From positions 16,259 through 80,258 of the IMG/VR virus record IMGVR_UViG_3300011772_000022: 64,000 bases of DNA. One strand, written 5' to 3'. The notes below the pieces were generated by a model, which searched no databases, had not been told where the DNA came from, and saw only the letters and a list, made by a program, of their open reading frames with translations. Positions 44,607 through 53,604 of this stretch are shown here, in pieces. Made by a program: the position numbers and the translations under genes. The stretch is from a virus (taxonomy: Duplodnaviria > Heunggongvirae > Uroviricota > Caudoviricetes). Every line of letters starts with the position of its first letter. Position 1 is the stretch's first letter.

Positions 44607-46553
44607 TTAGTACGTCCAAGAGCCAACCATCAAGACATCGACAAGGATTGTTCCACCCATATACGGAGAATCAAGTACGATATCAAGTGTATTGTTCGTC
44701 TTATTCTCCCATGCCACATGTCGAGCAACTGAGTTTGCACCAAGAGCTGCCTGATATTGAACGCTACCGATATTATGAGTAATCGTTTTTCTAGTCTCTC
44801 CCGGAGCAAATGACACTTGAGCCGTAGATTTATTTGAGTGTAAATATCCTTTTGTGCGAATGTTACCACCAACGTCGAGGTTACCTGAGGTAGATGCGTT
44901 AGAATCTCCTACCTTTAAGTAACGTTGGTCACTCAATGTTTTCGTATAATAATCAGTGTCATGATTGTGCACCGAGGGTGCGAATGTAGTTGGTTTGTTT
45001 GCTACGTTTGCCCATGTAATCTCATCTAAAAAGGCAATCTTTCGAGCCGCCGCCCAAGTATCAGAATTGTGTGCTCCTTGTCGTAGGTAAAGTCGTTCTT
45101 CTGTCTTTGCCGCTAAGATAGCATTAATTTTACCACCACCGCTATCTGAATACGTACTAAGCATTAAACCGTCTGCGTAATCATTTCCTGTACTTACATT
45201 CGCTATCGTAGTAAACATAAATTGCACTTCACGAGTAGTAGTAGACAGTTCTTTCGGTGTTACAGTTCTTTTATCTGCTGCGGCTACACTATAATTCTGT
45301 GTTCCTCGGTATGCGTAAGCAGAATCATGGTTATGGACGAATGCTGCCACTTTCGTAAAGTCTACACTTAACGTTCTATCTGCGCCAAGAGTCCCTCCAC
45401 CAGTTAAACCGTTACCCGCATTAATGTTTACTGCCTTACTAGCGTACTTGTTCGCAAGTGTTGTACCACCTTCGGAGAGTTCTCCCTGAACATTTACCTT
45501 TGTTGCATATAAATCCAAGTTAGCAAGTAACACTCCGTTGTAACCACTAAGCACTAAATCTCTCGTCTTATCGTCAGAAGTTCCACTTTGAATGTAGTTC
45601 TTATCATTTGTGAATGGGAGGAATCTAATTTTACCGTTACCATTCTCAGCGATAAGTGGTGGTTCTGTCGTAGACGATAACTTGATGCTTAGTGGACCTG
45701 TCATCGTGTCTCCGAGTTTTTTCACATAGGAACTGTCATGGTTGTGGGTATCGAAAGAATTCTTGAATGTAGAAATCTTTACGCCATCCACGTTACCCGT
45801 AACTGAGATGTCACCTGTTACCGATGCCCCATTCTTCAATGTAGTTGCACCTGTAACTTCTAAGCCCGCTTTAGCCCGGAAGATAATAAGTGAATTAATT
45901 TCCGAGAATTTTGCTTCGAAAGTATCTTTTGTTGTACTAGAATAAGTAGCACGGATAACAAAGTAATCAGGGTCTCCATCATCAGCCGTGTGAATAACAA
46001 GACGTGTACTATTCGCTGCATATTGCTCAGAATAGATTTTGTGGTTGTCTGTTACACCAGTAAAAACAATACCATTACCTGCTGCGCCGACTGTACCCGG
46101 AATTCCGAATGTTAAATCAGATGTTGCCGTACGTCTCATAAATACTGATTCTTGGAAACCATCTAGTAAATCAGCATCAAGACCTGAGCCAACACCATCG
46201 TTACCAGATGTCCAGACCTTATCGCCATTCCATGTCACATCCCCTGTTTTCGGAATAATGAAGTTACCTCCACCATCAATCCATAAACGAATTGAGTCTT
46301 GGTATCTATCAAGATGCCCCTTATTTGCTGCGAAAGCTCCTGCACCTTCAAGAACGACTTCTCCACCTTCGTTGGTCGCATCTTGAGGTTTCATTGTTAG
46401 GTTTGCTAATGTTGATAATCCATCAACGGTAAGTGTCCCATTTACCTTAGCAGTTCCAAGGGCTTCAAAGGCTCCTGAAATCTTGGCTCCACTTAATGCT
46501 TCTAAAAGCCCGCCAATTTGGGCTATCGTATCAATTTGAAACTTTTTAGCCAT
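44607..46553 (-). CDS. tail fibre protein (648 aa) with three NHD repeats
   Basis: FDTHNHDSSYVKKLGDTMTGPL, VHNHDSAYAYRG, VHNHDTDYYTKT. Confidence 0.6.
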   Translation of the reverse strand: MAKKFQIDTIAQIGGLLEALSGAKISGAFEALGTAKVNGTLTVDGLSTLANLTMKPQDATNEGGEVVLEGAGAFAANKGHLDRYQDSIRLWIDGGGNFIIPKTGDVTWNGDKVWTSGNDGVGSGLDADLLDGFQESVFMRRTATSDLTFGIPGTVGAAGNGIVFTGVTDNHKIYSEQYAANSTRLVIHTADDGDPDYFVIRATYSSTTKDTFEAKFSEINSLIIFRAKAGLEVTGATTLKNGASVTGDISVTGNVDGVKISTFKNSFDTHNHDSSYVKKLGDTMTGPLSIKLSSTTEPPLIAENGNGKIRFLPFTNDKNYIQSGTSDDKTRDLVLSGYNGVLLANLDLYATKVNVQGELSEGGTTLANKYASKAVNINAGNGLTGGGTLGADRTLSVDFTKVAAFVHNHDSAYAYRGTQNYSVAAADKRTVTPKELSTTTREVQFMFTTIANVSTGNDYADGLMLSTYSDSGGGKINAILAAKTEERLYLRQGAHNSDTWAAARKIAFLDEITWANVANKPTTFAPSVHNHDTDYYTKTLSDQRYLKVGDSNASTSGNLDVGGNIRTKGYLHSNKSTAQVSFAPGETRKTITHNIGSVQYQAALGANSVARHVAWENKTNNTLDIVLDSPYMGGTILVDVLMVGSWTY

Positions 46554-46567
46554 TGACCCTCACCTCC

Positions 46568-47764
46568 TTAATAAACGTCGTAAGCGATTAGTTCCACATA
46601 CATAATTGTTATTTCCCCCGCACCTGCGTAGTTGCCTGCTGCATTCTGAATTTGCGCTTGTAAGACATAATGGTCTAAGTTGTCCGCAGCAGTAAATTCA
46701 GGAGACACTGCGAAACGTCTGCTACTATCATTTGCTCCTTGAACGTATCCTAGAGAGAACTTTGTAAGCTCTGACGATTTCGTTTTATTATACAGACGGA
46801 CATATCCATTGGCACCTGCTGCAACACCTGAATCACTGAATGCAATCTGCAATTTATATTTACGAGTTGCACCAGATGGAACAGACGGCAATGCGTAAGT
46901 TGTTGAAAATAGACTGTATAAATTTGCAGTTACATCTTCCCAAGCCTTAGCATCCGATTGGTATTGTAAGTCTCCTGCAATACCGAAGATTGGCATTCTC
47001 CCAACCTCCATCAATTTACCCTTCTGAGTAAGACCACCAGTTAGATAAAGACCACCTGTAATTTCCACATCATCATCTAAGTAGATACGACCACCGAAAG
47101 TAGTTCCGGGATTCTTCACTCGACCACGAACCGCAATAATATCTGATTCGTCATCCCCAAGTGTTACAGAACCTTTTACATCGAATCCATCACCTTCGAA
47201 GGTCGCCTTTACAGAACGTTTGTCTACAATGTTTGCATTTGTAATCGCATTGTTGTTTGCCGTACGATTAACCTCAGCAATCTTGTAGTACGTTGCAGTT
47301 GCCGTATCTAAAGGGACAGTTGCTCCTACTTTCACGGCACTAGATATTTGTATACGACGAGTCGGTTCCAATGTCAGACGTGGATGTTTAATCTCTGGGT
47401 CTTTTACACTGTCAATCTCTTGCTCTGTTACCTCGATGTATACCATATCAACACGAGTCCCGCTTGTTGGAGCCGCAGGTAATGTAACAGTTACATCCTG
47501 CCCAACGTATACACGATAACCAGAAATATATAGGGCACCTTTAGAAACCAAGATTGTATTATTCGGAGTAGCAGCCTGTGTACAACGGAATGCATCTCCA
47601 ATCGCACCATCACCCATAAGCTCCTTAATAATACGTCGTAACTTTAATCGTTGAATGTCCTGCATCTCATTGAAGTCGTAATCCGTAACTGGCACACCTT
47701 GCTGCAAGATAACCTTGTCATATTGTTTTGATTCGTTAAAACTATTTCGTGAAATATTCGCCAC
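46568..47764 (-). CDS. tail fibre/baseplate-distal structural protein (398 aa; at the gpH position of a P2-like order)
   Basis: Sits between the gpI-like gene and the fibre gene; beta-rich composition. Confidence 0.45.
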   Translation of the reverse strand: MANISRNSFNESKQYDKVILQQGVPVTDYDFNEMQDIQRLKLRRIIKELMGDGAIGDAFRCTQAATPNNTILVSKGALYISGYRVYVGQDVTVTLPAAPTSGTRVDMVYIEVTEQEIDSVKDPEIKHPRLTLEPTRRIQISSAVKVGATVPLDTATATYYKIAEVNRTANNNAITNANIVDKRSVKATFEGDGFDVKGSVTLGDDESDIIAVRGRVKNPGTTFGGRIYLDDDVEITGGLYLTGGLTQKGKLMEVGRMPIFGIAGDLQYQSDAKAWEDVTANLYSLFSTTYALPSVPSGATRKYKLQIAFSDSGVAAGANGYVRLYNKTKSSELTKFSLGYVQGANDSSRRFAVSPEFTAADNLDHYVLQAQIQNAAGNYAGAGEITIMYVELIAYDVY

Positions 47765-47778
47765 GGTAAAACCTCCTC

Positions 47779-48879
47779 TTAGTAAACATCAATATCGAAT
47801 TTCGACCCTGCCGGAGAGAATCGCTTCAATAGTTTTGTTAATCGGTATTTCATTTGTTCTTCCTCTTCTTCGGTAATCGGATGAGTTTTTCGAACGTATG
47901 CTACAAATCGCTCCTCACTCTGACGTGAATCAGCAGCAAAGTCGAATGTGTATTTCAATGGGTCTCCTGCTTGACCTATTAATGACAAGTCATCTCCACC
48001 TTGGTTTACAGGTCTAAAATCAGGCGTTCCTGTCTCATGGTCCCTCAGTAATTCAAAGTCATAATAACCGAAGTATGTGGAGTTCAATACAAGACCACGA
48101 CTCTCTGTTACCCCTGAACTATTCGGGAATCCTGAGTTCGTCTTAACCAGAATATCTAACCCAATCTTCGTACCCGCCATACGGTAAACGTTGATGGCAT
48201 TTTTAAGTGCCTGTCGCTGAGACGAGATTGGTAATGTACTATCCAGTTCCCAGTCCAATTCTTTAGCGATGTAAGGTAGATACTCAGGAGGACATTTATC
48301 GATGTCCATTAGTAGAGACATATTCTGCGCCTTCGTCATGAGGTAGTCTAGAGAATGCCCAATGACCTGTATATAACGCTTTAATTCATAGCTCTGTTTT
48401 GTATCTTCTCGACGATATACGTCCGGGAAATATTGTTGGTACAGGACATCACCTAATCCATGATTACGAGACGGCATCCCAGAAATTCGTGTTGCATTAG
48501 AGAAGTGATGTTTCCCATCTTTATCTACAGAGAATATAGTATAGTAATATAATGTCTCTGCATCCAATGGGTCCGGTATCTTACCTACGAATCTACTTTC
48601 GTATTGCACCCAGTCACCAATGATTGCTTGTCGTACAACCTTATAATCTTCAGTAGCAGGTTTCGATAATGAGTAATCATATATTTGTTCTGCCGTTCCT
48701 GAGTAGACCAATTGGGAGTACGAATCTAAAGGATTTGTACAGAAGTCATTTATCTTTCTGTATACCGCCACATGGTCAAAGGTTTTCTCACTTGAATTCC
48801 GCCAGTTCAGGCGGATGACTCCCGGAAGTAAATCCATATGTGACTCTACCGAGGTAGCGAACAAACGGCTTGTCTCCAT
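47779..48879 (-). CDS. baseplate protein, P2 gpI-like
   Basis: QRQALKNAINVYRMAGTKIGL matches the gpI signature (..AL..A...HR.KGT); lies next to the gpJ-like gene. Confidence 0.55.
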   Translation of the reverse strand: METSRLFATSVESHMDLLPGVIRLNWRNSSEKTFDHVAVYRKINDFCTNPLDSYSQLVYSGTAEQIYDYSLSKPATEDYKVVRQAIIGDWVQYESRFVGKIPDPLDAETLYYYTIFSVDKDGKHHFSNATRISGMPSRNHGLGDVLYQQYFPDVYRREDTKQSYELKRYIQVIGHSLDYLMTKAQNMSLLMDIDKCPPEYLPYIAKELDWELDSTLPISSQRQALKNAINVYRMAGTKIGLDILVKTNSGFPNSSGVTESRGLVLNSTYFGYYDFELLRDHETGTPDFRPVNQGGDDLSLIGQAGDPLKYTFDFAADSRQSEERFVAYVRKTHPITEEEEEQMKYRLTKLLKRFSPAGSKFDIDVY

Positions 48880-50636
48880 TAGCCACGACCTCCTGTAACA
48901 GTAATCTGTAAGTCATCCTCCGCCAGAACCAGTAATTCATGAGGCTCAATTGCAATGTTCGATAGATATGGGAACGTTTTGAATTTCCAGTTGTCTCCCG
49001 GAGCACATGGTACAGTACCCGCAGTAATTGTAAAGGAAATCATATTGCCTGTATCCGTAAACTTAGTCCCCATTGTTCCAGTACCTTTTGGCACCAATAC
49101 CTCTTTACCAGACGAATCGTATGACAATTGGTTAACCGTAAAAGCAGTTGGAGATGTCATTACAACTTTCCATTTTCCTTCATACGTAGCAGTTGTTTTA
49201 ATTTCAACCGGACCGAATGTTGGATTACCACTAACAATCGTACCCTCTACTAATGGTACAGTAGTTAATCTCCGAACATTAACAGAATAAACGGAGTCAA
49301 TGTTCATTAATTCACGGTAGATACGAGAAATTGGAACCCCTTCACCAAAGCTGATTGTGTCAAAGTCGAACAAATCTCGAAGCGCCTGTGTAACAAACGT
49401 TTTAGTCTCCATGTTATTTGCAGACTCATACGCTTCAACCTCTAGGGTCATTAAAGCACCGATATATTTTGGAGCCTCTAAAATAACCTTCGTCGTTAAT
49501 ACTTTCACGGCATCTATCGTTTGGAACACTAAGTTGATAAGAGCGGGTGAGGGTTGTCCACCACCGATAGGAGCGACCGTCAATTTAACGGCATTCGTTT
49601 GCTTTTCGTCAGCAACCGCTCTCGCCTTAGCTACCCCGATAACAGAACGGGAAATGTTTTCATAATCCTCCATTGTTACGGCACGGTTTTGTGTTTTGAA
49701 TAGCTTCGGAGCATTTACCTTAGCCTGCTCAATTGTTTCCATGTCTGTACCATCGATTGAAGGAGTCGGGTTATTTACTTCTACGATTCCTGCCTTTGCA
49801 TCTAGAAGGGTATTAATCGTATTCGCACCAACGTTTTTGTCTCGACCACCACCTACACGATATGATGCAGCAATATTACTGAAACCTACAGTAGGAATTT
49901 TACCTCGAAGACCATCCCCGAAAACAATCCATGTGAAACCATTTTCATCTAATTCACGCTGATAGAATTTACCGTCAAGAGTTGTACCAATTGGGTCATC
50001 TGTCATGTCAGCCCACAATTCATCTCCTGTACCTTCGTTGACATAAACACGAACACTGTCCGTAAGAACATCAGCATATTTTAGAGCAAAGCGCATATTC
50101 GGTTGAGCAGAAGAAGCACCGATAATGTCACGAGGAATTGTGATACCTTGGATGACATCAACCAAGTATAGATAATTCCCTTGTGCATCTTTCTCATTAC
50201 CCTTGGCTCCTTGTGGGATGAACAAATCTTGTACCGTTTCAAACTGAATGCTAGGTTCATAGTCAGTTGGTTTTGTCCCGATAGCGAATCCCTTAGGTAC
50301 AACAAAACCTCCGGCAGGGGCAGGAGTTGCTAGTGTGAAGTACACCTTTGTACGGGATGCGGTAGCAGTCTTCAACTGGTAACCTAGCATCTTACTAATA
50401 TCTAATACTGATTTAAGTTGTGTGGCAGTTGGTAAGTATACTTCATTTGCTCGTCTGTCTTGGTAGTAAGATAGAATGTCCCCCATGTATGCGAACGCTT
50501 CAATCATCATAATACCTGCATCTGATTCTGAGTAATCTGTGTATGTAGGCAGGATTTGAGGTATCAAGTTAATCATGTCATTTCTAAAGCCCTCATAGTC
50601 TTTAGATGTGTAATCAATCTGTGGTTTTTTCATCAT
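48879..50636 (-). CDS. baseplate protein J-like (gp6/gpJ family)
   Basis: Size (585 aa) and position between the gp25-like and gpI-like genes; ATGA-coupled. Confidence 0.6.
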   Translation of the reverse strand: MMKKPQIDYTSKDYEGFRNDMINLIPQILPTYTDYSESDAGIMMIEAFAYMGDILSYYQDRRANEVYLPTATQLKSVLDISKMLGYQLKTATASRTKVYFTLATPAPAGGFVVPKGFAIGTKPTDYEPSIQFETVQDLFIPQGAKGNEKDAQGNYLYLVDVIQGITIPRDIIGASSAQPNMRFALKYADVLTDSVRVYVNEGTGDELWADMTDDPIGTTLDGKFYQRELDENGFTWIVFGDGLRGKIPTVGFSNIAASYRVGGGRDKNVGANTINTLLDAKAGIVEVNNPTPSIDGTDMETIEQAKVNAPKLFKTQNRAVTMEDYENISRSVIGVAKARAVADEKQTNAVKLTVAPIGGGQPSPALINLVFQTIDAVKVLTTKVILEAPKYIGALMTLEVEAYESANNMETKTFVTQALRDLFDFDTISFGEGVPISRIYRELMNIDSVYSVNVRRLTTVPLVEGTIVSGNPTFGPVEIKTTATYEGKWKVVMTSPTAFTVNQLSYDSSGKEVLVPKGTGTMGTKFTDTGNMISFTITAGTVPCAPGDNWKFKTFPYLSNIAIEPHELLVLAEDDLQITVTGGRG

Positions 50637-50637
50637 T

Positions 50638-51021
50638 TTATGAACCTCCTACTCTTACAGTGGCGCTTGATTCCACTTTCGTACTAATTACCGTGTAATC
50701 CACGGTCACATACGCCGTACTTTCATCTGTAACAACCCTTACATCATCAACCTTGATTCTAGGCTCATATATTTTCAGGGCTTCAGTAATTGTATACTTA
50801 ATCATATTTGCAATTCCCGGGTCCAAGTTCTCGAAGAGAGCATCTTGTAAGTTGCACCCGAAGTTTACAAGGTTTACCCGTTCACCTTTTCGGGTGAGGA
50901 TAATTTGTCGAATTGATTCATTAATGTGGGAATAGTCAGTATCAGAAGTTGTAGACATTACAACACCGCCTTTTGACCCAATCCGAAATGGGAAAGAGAC
51001 CCCAGTGAATCCTTGTGTCAT
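50638..51021 (-). CDS. gp25/GPW-family baseplate wedge protein (start re-assigned to MTQGFTG)
   Basis: INESIRQIILTRKGERVNLVNFGCNL..ALFENLD matches the GPW_gp25 signature; RBS AAGGGGGATTAGAGCG before the ATG. Confidence 0.65.
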   Translation of the reverse strand: MTQGFTGVSFPFRIGSKGGVVMSTTSDTDYSHINESIRQIILTRKGERVNLVNFGCNLQDALFENLDPGIANMIKYTITEALKIYEPRIKVDDVRVVTDESTAYVTVDYTVISTKVESSATVRVGGS

Positions 51022-51096
51022 CGCTCTAATCCCCCTTGTCAAGACTATTTTCTAAAGATTTTAACTATACTTATTATACTATGAAAAATATAGTAA

Positions 51097-51122
51097 AGGA
51101 AGGCATTTATGGAAGCCTTCCT
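51097..51122 (-). terminator. rho-independent terminator (AGGAAGGC..GCCTTCCT plus T-rich on the minus strand) downstream of the gpV-like gene
   Basis: aggaaggcatttatggaagccttcct, then TTACTATATTTTTCAT on the minus strand. Confidence 0.4.
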
Positions 51123-51408
51123 ACTTCACAACCCCGCACCAGATAGGCTTTGTTGGGTCTCCTTGTTGGAATTCAATCCAGACCATTGTACCCACCGGAG
51201 GTACCTTAATAAATTGTTCATGCTGCTCGATGTAAGGCACACATGCTTCACACCACGGGCTATCATATTCTCCATAGATTTCTTTACACGTTACTTGAAC
51301 CTGCATACCTTGTGTTTTCACGACAGACCCTTTGTACTTGCCGAAGTATTGTTTGGAATGAATATTCGGCTTGGCTTGCATCATGAAAGTCCCTCTCATC
51401 GTCCTCAC
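51121..51408 (-). CDS. small baseplate spike/plug protein, gpV/gp5 N-terminal OB-fold-like (95 aa)
   Basis: VKTQGMQVQVTCKE...PPVGTMVWIEFQQGDPTKPIWCG matches the Phage_base_V pattern P.VG..V.V.F..GD...P...G. Confidence 0.45.
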   Translation of the reverse strand: MRTMRGTFMMQAKPNIHSKQYFGKYKGSVVKTQGMQVQVTCKEIYGEYDSPWCEACVPYIEQHEQFIKVPPVGTMVWIEFQQGDPTKPIWCGVVK

Positions 51409-51411
51409 TCC

Positions 51412-52032
51412 TTACGGTATTATTATCTTAGTGCCTCCGTGTATCCAGTGTCCTTCATCCCCACTATTTCGTTTATCACGATTCATCAGAATGTCCCTAT
51501 TCGCATCCCAGATTCTCCGCCATTTAGAACCTGCTCCATAATATGCACGGGAAATATCCCAGAGCGTATCACCTTGCTTAATGACATATTCTTTTCCTGT
51601 ATTAGGTGTTTCAACAGGCATCTTCCCATTCCCTGAAGCAGGTGAAGGTTGGTACGTTTGCAACCCAAACTTATCTGTTTTCACTTCGATTTGCAATGTG
51701 TACCCACTCGATTTACTCCATGTGTGTGTAACCTTTTCCATATAATACATAGTCGATAATTGAGCGCCTAACCCATAGATACCAACCATCTTATTAGCTC
51801 GCAGAATTGGAGAGCCAATCACATCTATTGTACCTTCAAGCATGAATTCCTCTTCAATCTTCTTTACCTCACTACTTCTATTAACAGAAGCAAATTGACC
51901 TGCTTCAGCAACGGCAGGTAATCTCTCTTCCAATTCTGCTAAAGCACGACGACTTCCTGACCCTTTAGCAGGAGATTCATAGTGGACAATTTCATTACCT
52001 CGGGCATCATATTGTTTATAGGCTCCACTCAT
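51412..52032 (-). CDS. LysM-domain tail/baseplate protein (206 aa)
   Basis: C-terminal YVIKQGDTLWDISRAYYGAGSKWRRIWDAN is a LysM domain. Confidence 0.55.
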   Translation of the reverse strand: MSGAYKQYDARGNEIVHYESPAKGSGSRRALAELEERLPAVAEAGQFASVNRSSEVKKIEEEFMLEGTIDVIGSPILRANKMVGIYGLGAQLSTMYYMEKVTHTWSKSSGYTLQIEVKTDKFGLQTYQPSPASGNGKMPVETPNTGKEYVIKQGDTLWDISRAYYGAGSKWRRIWDANRDILMNRDKRNSGDEGHWIHGGTKIIIP

Positions 52033-52047
52033 GGTAATCCCTCCTAC

Positions 52048-52827
52048 CTACTTTTTACTCTTTGCTTTCTCTTCTTTTTTCGCTGCTTTTTCGGCTTCTT
52101 TTTCTTCCTCATTTTCCCAAGGTGCCTTTACTTTTTCTTTCACAACCACACGGATATCAGCACTCAAGATATCGAATCCGTAGATAGGTTGTACAGGGTT
52201 ACGACCTCGGTAAACGTAGTTCACATAAGGTAACGTTTCATATGCACGTTCAATAAACCAGAGCATGTCATGAGATACAGAGATAAGGAAGTTGATGTCT
52301 TCCGCAAGTTGCTGAATGAATTGCATATCTGTTTGTTCAGATTGAGTGATGTCTTCCTCAACCTTACCTGACCATTCCGTCCATTGCCCTTTGTATACCA
52401 TCCCGTATTCCTGACAAATTTTCTTTACAATATCAAAGCGACTCATATTCTTCCAGTTACGAGTTATTTTTTCTCGGTTAAAAATCTGTGAGTAGTCGAG
52501 AATGTTCAGAACAAGTTGTGGTGTACCATCATCAGGGAATTGATAGTCTACCGTGGATATAAAACCACGCATCTTTTCTTCACTCCAACCATAGTAACCA
52601 CCTACCAATTTGAAAGGAGCATTCTGAACAAATAATTTATTATCCACCAGTTTTCGTAATGGGTCGTTGATTGTAACGGTACAGATTCGAGCGCCTGAAG
52701 CAACATCCTCGAATCGTACCTCTTCAATTAAATCATGCATCCAACCCGGTAGCTCTTTGTTACCAATCGTGATTCTGAAGTAAGGCATTTGGTGCCACGG
52801 ATTATCATTAAAACGCATTTGTTCCAC
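52048..52827 (-). CDS. baseplate/tail assembly protein (259 aa; gpD-like position), Lys/Glu-rich C-terminus
   Basis: Context within the baseplate operon. Confidence 0.4.
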   Translation of the reverse strand: MEQMRFNDNPWHQMPYFRITIGNKELPGWMHDLIEEVRFEDVASGARICTVTINDPLRKLVDNKLFVQNAPFKLVGGYYGWSEEKMRGFISTVDYQFPDDGTPQLVLNILDYSQIFNREKITRNWKNMSRFDIVKKICQEYGMVYKGQWTEWSGKVEEDITQSEQTDMQFIQQLAEDINFLISVSHDMLWFIERAYETLPYVNYVYRGRNPVQPIYGFDILSADIRVVVKEKVKAPWENEEEKEAEKAAKKEEKAKSKK

Positions 52828-53131
52828 CCCGCATTGATTTAGGTATTGACGTCGGAATTGCTAAAACGTCGCCTATCTTTATGTCAAGAGAAGAAAGGTA
52901 TCTAGGGTTCGCATCCATAATAACCCACCACAATTGTTCGTCCCCATAGTATCGTGCAGCTAAGATATCGATTCGGTCTCCTAGCTTCCATTGGTGGGAA
53001 ATACCACGGTCGTCTTTCTCTACTTCCAAGTCACGACGAGGGATGGTATTAATACCAATCTCCCCGCCCTTTACTTCTTGGAAGTGCTTATACATTCTGA
53101 TAACCTCATATCTTGAGCCTACATATATCAT
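52808..53131 (-). CDS. LysM-like tail protein (gpX-like, 107 aa)
   Basis: KLGDRIDILAARYYGDEQLWWVIMDANP is a LysM-type motif. Confidence 0.45.
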   Translation of the reverse strand: MIYVGSRYEVIRMYKHFQEVKGGEIGINTIPRRDLEVEKDDRGISHQWKLGDRIDILAARYYGDEQLWWVIMDANPRYLSSLDIKIGDVLAIPTSIPKSMRGGTNAF

Positions 53132-53141
53132 ATAGCACCTC

Positions 53142-53591
53142 CTACTGAATTTTCATTAGTTCTACATCTACCGTAGCCTGAATTGCCTTTAAATCTCGGT
53201 CGAACATTGTACGATTTACTGTCATCGTTTTTAATACACATCTCTCCATGTATGGTCCAAAGCAGAACAGTAATGGAGGTGGTGGTGAATAAAGATAATC
53301 CTGATTACCTGAACCCGGAAGGAAACTCTTTAGAAATTCAATTGATTTCTCAACGTCCTGTTTCCCGGGTGACCTACCATTTATAAATAAAGTGAAGGAA
53401 ATAGGAGAGGAATTCCCCCCAACGTATGAGAACGTTGGGTAGGACATTCCGGGAGATTGTATTTCCTTAAACTCTACTGAAAAGGTTTCTGAGAATTCTT
53501 CGGGGTTATATTCGAATGCCATTCGACGTAGGACGTTTCCTGCTTCGGCAATATAACCCTTTTGAAGTTTCCCTGTTAAATTGTACTGCAT
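53142..53591 (-). CDS. tail protein (149 aa; gpU-like position downstream of the tape measure)
   Basis: Context. Confidence 0.4.
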   Translation of the reverse strand: MQYNLTGKLQKGYIAEAGNVLRRMAFEYNPEEFSETFSVEFKEIQSPGMSYPTFSYVGGNSSPISFTLFINGRSPGKQDVEKSIEFLKSFLPGSGNQDYLYSPPPPLLFCFGPYMERCVLKTMTVNRTMFDRDLKAIQATVDVELMKIQ

Positions 53592-53604
53592 CGTCTATAC
53601 CCCC

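Noticed and set aside
51109-51636. Plus-strand 175-aa ORF overlapping the baseplate genes
   Set aside because: It is antisense to two RBS-supported minus-strand genes (the gpV-like and LysM proteins). It has no RBS and an implausible composition.
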